From assembly GCA_963666275.2 (NCBI GenBank), contig CAXXOA010000002.1, positions 608,001-672,000 of the forward strand: a stretch of 64,000 bases of DNA, written 5' to 3'. A program made the translations under genes and the position numbers. The notes below the pieces were generated by a model that was not told the DNA's origin, did not search any database, and saw only the letters and a program-made list of their open reading frames with translations. Below, one piece after another: positions 59,310 through 64,000 of this stretch. Position 1 is the first letter of the stretch. Each line of letters starts with the position of its first letter. The DNA comes from Oceanispirochaeta sp. Its GTDB lineage: Bacteria; Spirochaetota; Spirochaetia; DSM-2461.

Positions 59310-61185
59310 AAATCATTTGTCTATCAAAACAAAATAACTTATTACCCATTTTTAGAAATTCTTCGTCATGTGAAACAGAAATAATAATACTCCCGGTGTT
59401 CTTAAATTCTAACAGAAAGGAACTTAATTTATCAATGGATGTTGCATCTAAGTTATTTGTTACTTCATCTAAAAGCAATAACTGTGGTTTGGAGACTAAG
59501 GCACGAGCAATAGCAATTTTTTGTTTTTCTCCACCTGACAAAGACTCAGCATCTTCAGACAGAATGGTATTATAACCACTATTCAAGTCCAAAATGAAAT
59601 CTTCTATACCAATCTGCTTACAAATTAAGTATACATCATTTTCAGATACATCATTTCTATAATATATAATATTCTCCATAATTGTCCCACTTATGAATAC
59701 AGGATTTTGAGGTACATAGCCAATTTTTTTGAGATATTCTTGAATATTCAATGTTGAAATTGGAATATTATTAATCAATATTTTACTAGTGTAACTTTTA
59801 TACTGCCCCAACAATAGTTTTATAATTGTAGATTTTCCTGTACCAGATCTACCAGATATAGAAATCCAATCAAATTTATTAAATGAAATATTCAAATTTT
59901 TAAAAACGTATTTTTCATTGTCATAAAAGTAACTAAGATCATCAATTTTTATATTACAAATATCAGATGATAATAGATTTTCAGAATCACATTCATAATT
60001 GTTATAATCAAAAAAATCAGTTAATCTAGCTATTGAAACAAATGTTTCATTCAATTTTGCTTGAATATTAAGTAATCGGTTAAGTGGTCTAATAAATAAT
60101 ATTATAAGAAAACATATCGATACTAATTGACCAGTAGACAGTTTAGCATAAAAAATTAGAATTCCACCAATCCAGATAATTGCATTCCTAGAGTTCAAAT
60201 CTATGAAGTCATTATAAAAATCATGCACTATTTGAGTCTTTCTTAACTTAATCAATGAATCTAGCATTTTGTTATATTTTTTTTTAAACATTGATAAAAT
60301 ATTACTTTGAATATTGAGAGTTTTATTATATTCATGAGATTTTATTATTTCTACTTTATATGATTCTACTTGTGACTTTTGATCAATAATATCAATATAT
60401 AATTTTGAAAACAACTTTGAAAAGGAAACAAAGATAATGATTGTTAATATAAATGCAATTATTGGTACTATTGATATAAATAAAGATTCACAAATGATAA
60501 ATATAATTACAATAAGTACAACTATTGAATCCATAATCAATGAAACAGTTGTTTCTGAGAGAGTATTCTTTATTGTTTCAGCATCATCAAATCTTGATAG
60601 AATTTGTCCAATCTTTCTTTTTTCGAAAAAAGCAATGGGTAAATTTGACAAATGATAAAAAAAATCATATACAATTTTCTTTTCTATTGAAACTGAGAAT
60701 TTCATTAACATCAAACTACGTACACTTTCTAAAGAAATTTGAAAAAATGAAAGTACGATCAGAATAATTGAGAATTTGGAAACAGCACTTATAGATCTTT
60801 TTGTTAAAATATCATCGATATAAAATTGAAAAAGTACTGAAGATAAAATACCTAGTAAAGTTCCCACCGTTGTTACTATAAAAAGTACTATTAAATCATA
60901 TTTTTTGTCTTGAAATATAGTCTTTAAAAATTCTTTTGATTTAACTTCCGAATATATAGAATAATCAACTTTTTCTTTTCTTTCATATTTTATTATGTAA
61001 CCAGTCCATATTTCTTGAAAAGAATCAAATGAATATTTTTTCTTTCCATGTAATGGATCAAGTGTATAAATGTATTTATCTGAAACTTTGTAAATATTAA
61101 TAAAATGCTTTTGAGAATTATTTTTTAATTCAACATGCGCAATGAAAGGAACTAAATTATCAGTTGGATACTCTTTCAATTCAGT
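59302..61185 (-). pseudogene. Peptidase C39-type ABC exporter, 5'-truncated
   Basis: PFIAHV..HF..DP..G..WTG, TM domain, GRSGTGKST, LSGGEKQK; catalytic Cys motif missing; composition break near 61185. Confidence 0.75.
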
Positions 61186-61705
61186 GTGAATCAGGTTATT
61201 TCCTTTGAGACAGACATTGCCCTTATGATCCCCATTCTCTCGGTAATGATCGGGGTTATTCTCTGGTGGCATAATCGTATTATCAACAAACTGGTAATGA
61301 ATTATCGTCGGGTGCAGAAGGATCTTGTTGTCTCAGAGCAGAAATACAAAGATGTTATGGATACCATGCTTGAAGGGGCACAGATTCTGGATCATAACTT
61401 CCGCTATCTATATATCAACGATATGGCGCTCACTCATGGAAAAAAGACCAGAGAGGAACTTCTTGGCAAGACAATATTCGATGTTTATCCGGGATTTGAT
61501 GATACATTGCTGTATTACCATATGAAAGAGTGTATGGAGAAAAAAAAATCGAAGAGATTGAATAATGAGTTTAGCTATCCGGACGGAAGTTCCGCCTGGT
61601 TTAAACTTAGTTTGCAACCGGTTCCGGACGGCATTTTTATCCTTTCAATTGATATTACAGAACAGATTAAAGCCGAGAATCGTCTGAAGCTCCTGAATGG
61701 AGAAC
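61186..61705 (+). pseudogene. TM-PAS fragment of a sensor protein, cut by IS3
   Basis: SEQKYK..MLEG..ILD..FRYLYIN..ELLGK..YPDGS..WF..DITEQ.KAE. Confidence 0.75.
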
Positions 61706-61755
61706 TAAACCACCCCGGGTTTCCCGGAGACACAATTATATGAGAGGATTGTGTT

Positions 61756-62076
61756 ATGGGAAAAAGAATCAGGTATGCTCAAGAAGTTAAAGAGCGGGCA
61801 GTTCGGATGGTCTTTGATCATGAAAAAGACTATGAATCACGGTGGGCAGCAATAATTTCAATAGCCTCAAAAACCGGGTGTACTCCGGAGTCTCTGAGAA
61901 AATGGGTAAAACAAACCGAGATAGACCGTGGTATCAAGGACGGTATTTCCAGTGAAGACCAGGCAAGAATAAAGGAACTTGAAAGAGAAGTTCGTGAGCT
62001 TCGAGAAGCCAATGAGATATTGCGTAAGGCATCAGCATATTTCGCCCAGGCGGAGCTCGACCGCCGAAAGAAATAA
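61756..62076 (+). CDS. IS3 OrfA
   Basis: RY..EVKERAVRMV..ESLRKWV..ANEILRKASAYFAQAELDR. Confidence 0.92.
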   Translation: MGKRIRYAQEVKERAVRMVFDHEKDYESRWAAIISIASKTGCTPESLRKWVKQTEIDRGIKDGISSEDQARIKELEREVRELREANEILRKASAYFAQAELDRRKK

Positions 62077-62981
62077 TGGTCAATTTCATTGATAAGAATA
62101 GGGAAGATCATGGAGTCGAGCCTCTCTGTAAAAATATTCAGATAGCTCCATCAACCTACTACGAAATGAAATCGAGGCAATCAGATCCAGACAAAGAGCC
62201 TCCAAGAGTAAAAAGGGATAATCACCTGAAAGATGAAATCAAACGGGTCTGGTTTGAGAATAGATGTGTATATGGAGCTAAAAAAGTCTGGCAGGCCATG
62301 AATAAAGAAGGAATCCCCGTCGCCAGATGCACTGTAGAGCGTTTAATGCGTGCTATGGGGCTTCGTGGTGTTATTCGTGGTAAGAAAGTCAGGACAACAA
62401 TTCCGGTGAAAGACAACAGGCCGGATGATCTTGTAAATCGGGATTTCACCGCTTCCAGGCCAAACGAGTTGTGGGTGGCTGACTTCACCTACGTTTCCAC
62501 CTGGAGGGGATTTGTCTATGTAGCTTTCATAATCGATGTATTTTCAAGAATGATTGTCGGCTGGCGGGCATCAACGTCAATGAAAACTGATTTCACTCTA
62601 GATGCTCTCAATCAGGCATTGTGGGCAAGGCAGGTAACAGAAAAACTGATTCATCACAGTGATCGTGGGTCTCAATATCTGGCCATTTCCTATACCGAAC
62701 GATTGATTGAAGCTGGAATTGATCCATCAGTTGGGAGTAAAGGGGATTCCTACGACAATGCTCTGGCAGAGACAATAAACGGTCTGTATAAGGCTGAAGT
62801 CATTCACAAAGATGGCCCCTGGCGTTCGATTGAACAGGTAGAACTGGCAACCTTGGACTGGGTGGATTGGTATAATAACAAACGGATCATGGAACCTCTG
62901 GGATATATTTCTCCACAAGAGTTTGAAATGATGTATTATGAACAGGAAATTAGTCTGGCAGTAACAGCCGGACTCAAGTAA
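62076..62981 (+). CDS. IS3 OrfB DDE transposase
   Basis: WVADFTYV, HHSDRGSQY, DNALAETINGLYK. Confidence 0.95.
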   Translation: MVNFIDKNREDHGVEPLCKNIQIAPSTYYEMKSRQSDPDKEPPRVKRDNHLKDEIKRVWFENRCVYGAKKVWQAMNKEGIPVARCTVERLMRAMGLRGVIRGKKVRTTIPVKDNRPDDLVNRDFTASRPNELWVADFTYVSTWRGFVYVAFIIDVFSRMIVGWRASTSMKTDFTLDALNQALWARQVTEKLIHHSDRGSQYLAISYTERLIEAGIDPSVGSKGDSYDNALAETINGLYKAEVIHKDGPWRSIEQVELATLDWVDWYNNKRIMEPLGYISPQEFEMMYYEQEISLAVTAGLK

Positions 62982-63011
62982 ATCTGTCTCCGGGATTCTC
63001 GGGGTGGTTCA

Positions 63012-63196
63012 CTGCACGTTCATGACGTGAACGCCGGTGTTCACTTGGTGAACCGATATATATAGATATAAATAATCTTATAAATATAATACTACTATAG
63101 GAATCTTTCTTTTTTGCATTGGTTTAGAACTTGTTCTATCAGCGGGACTAATTATGAAATCTTTTATAATTACAATCAGTTCTGATGATGGGACTG
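63012..63196 (+). repeat. Scaffold element copy C (5'-truncated by IS3) plus an inverted short motif at 63177-63196
   Basis: gttcatgacgtgaac 63018, gttcacttggtgaac 63039, same AT-rich tract. Confidence 0.88.
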
Positions 63197-63274
63197 AATG
63201 ATAAAAGATTTTGTCATTCAGCTGTGATAGACTGGCAACTATCAAACTTTTATCGGGCAGGAGAGTCTTGATCC

Positions 63275-64000
63275 ATGATTACAGTTGAGAATACAGAGAA
63301 TCTGACAGGGGTAAAAATCTCCGGTGATTTCTATGATTTTCAGGCGTTGGTAGATGCTTTTTATGCTGTCTCTATTGATGAAGAGGATACCAGGAACAGC
63401 AAATACTTTGATAACTCTACAAGAGTCCAAGGTCTTTGCTATGATATCCGTCATGCATTTATGGGTGATCGTGAAATCGCTCTGGTTGAGAATGGCATGA
63501 CGAGGGAGTTGATGAGCTTTCATTCCCAGATTACACCGGAGAAGAATGTCTATTTTGAAATGAATTATCTATATCCGGAAATGATTTTCGTGACAGCGGC
63601 TCTTAATGAACTGATTGATATTTATCAAAAGACAAACAGCAAGCCAAAGAATGAGTATTTTGCCGCTGTCAATAAAGCGGTCATCTGGGATAACCATGTT
63701 GCAATTCTTCGGGTATTTCAGTCTGCTTTCTGCAATTGCGTTAGGGAAACGCTGACTCCTGCTACTTTCACAAGATGGTTGAAAATCATGAATGAGCGTT
63801 ACAGTCATGTACTACTTATGAGCGGACATTACCTTGATTATATAAATCTGGAATATCTCAAGTTGGATAAGGAAAAGAGACAGAAGAAACTATCATCCCT
63901 CAGCAAAAGCATAATCGAGTACACCTATGACCCCATCCACGAAGAAATGAGACATGAAGCTAAAGTGATGGCAGAACAGTATGGTTGCTCTCCTTCAGAC
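63275..64000 (+). CDS. Hypothetical protein (DUF6904-like), runs off window end
   Basis: Not in ORF track; AGGAG RBS then MITVENTENLTGVKISGDFYDF..CYDIRHAFMGDRE. Confidence 0.65.
   Translation, partial: MITVENTENLTGVKISGDFYDFQALVDAFYAVSIDEEDTRNSKYFDNSTRVQGLCYDIRHAFMGDREIALVENGMTRELMSFHSQITPEKNVYFEMNYLYPEMIFVTAALNELIDIYQKTNSKPKNEYFAAVNKAVIWDNHVAILRVFQSAFCNCVRETLTPATFTRWLKIMNERYSHVLLMSGHYLDYINLEYLKLDKEKRQKKLSSLSKSIIEYTYDPIHEEMRHEAKVMAEQYGCSPSD

Larger units (their letters stand above)
61706..63011 (+). mobile_element. IS3-family element
   Basis: IRs taaaccaccccgggtttcccggagac / gtctccgggattctcggggtggttca; no target duplication. Confidence 0.93.

Overview
Bacterial chromosomal window, probably from a free-living spirochaete; this is inferred from gene style (TIGR03545/03546 pair, MCP, HAMP-adenylate cyclase, Treponema-like integrase N-terminus) and is not proven. 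Bases 1-15.2 kb are ordinary core-like genes. A tRNA with CAT anticodon (likely Ile2) at 15366-15439 opens a >48 kb accessory region. This region is a head-to-tail array of at least five integrated units, separated by four copies of a conserved ~300-bp junction (tRNA 3' end, terminator, symmetric CTGACGCC..GACGCC arm-like repeats, a dif-like site). No intact integrase is visible. Three units share parts of an internal scaffold (a palindromic iteron-like array plus AT-rich tract; in two of them also an identically truncated integrase N-terminus and a dif-like site) with different cargo in the same slots. Cargo includes an orphan spike(gp5/VgrG-PAAR)-NlpC/P60-YARHG module, HNH plus Shedu-like defence genes, two toxin-antitoxin pairs, redox, signalling and ABC genes. 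Five IS66-family elements, two IS3-family elements and an IS256 remnant have damaged parts of the array. All product calls are by eye from motifs; no database search was run.
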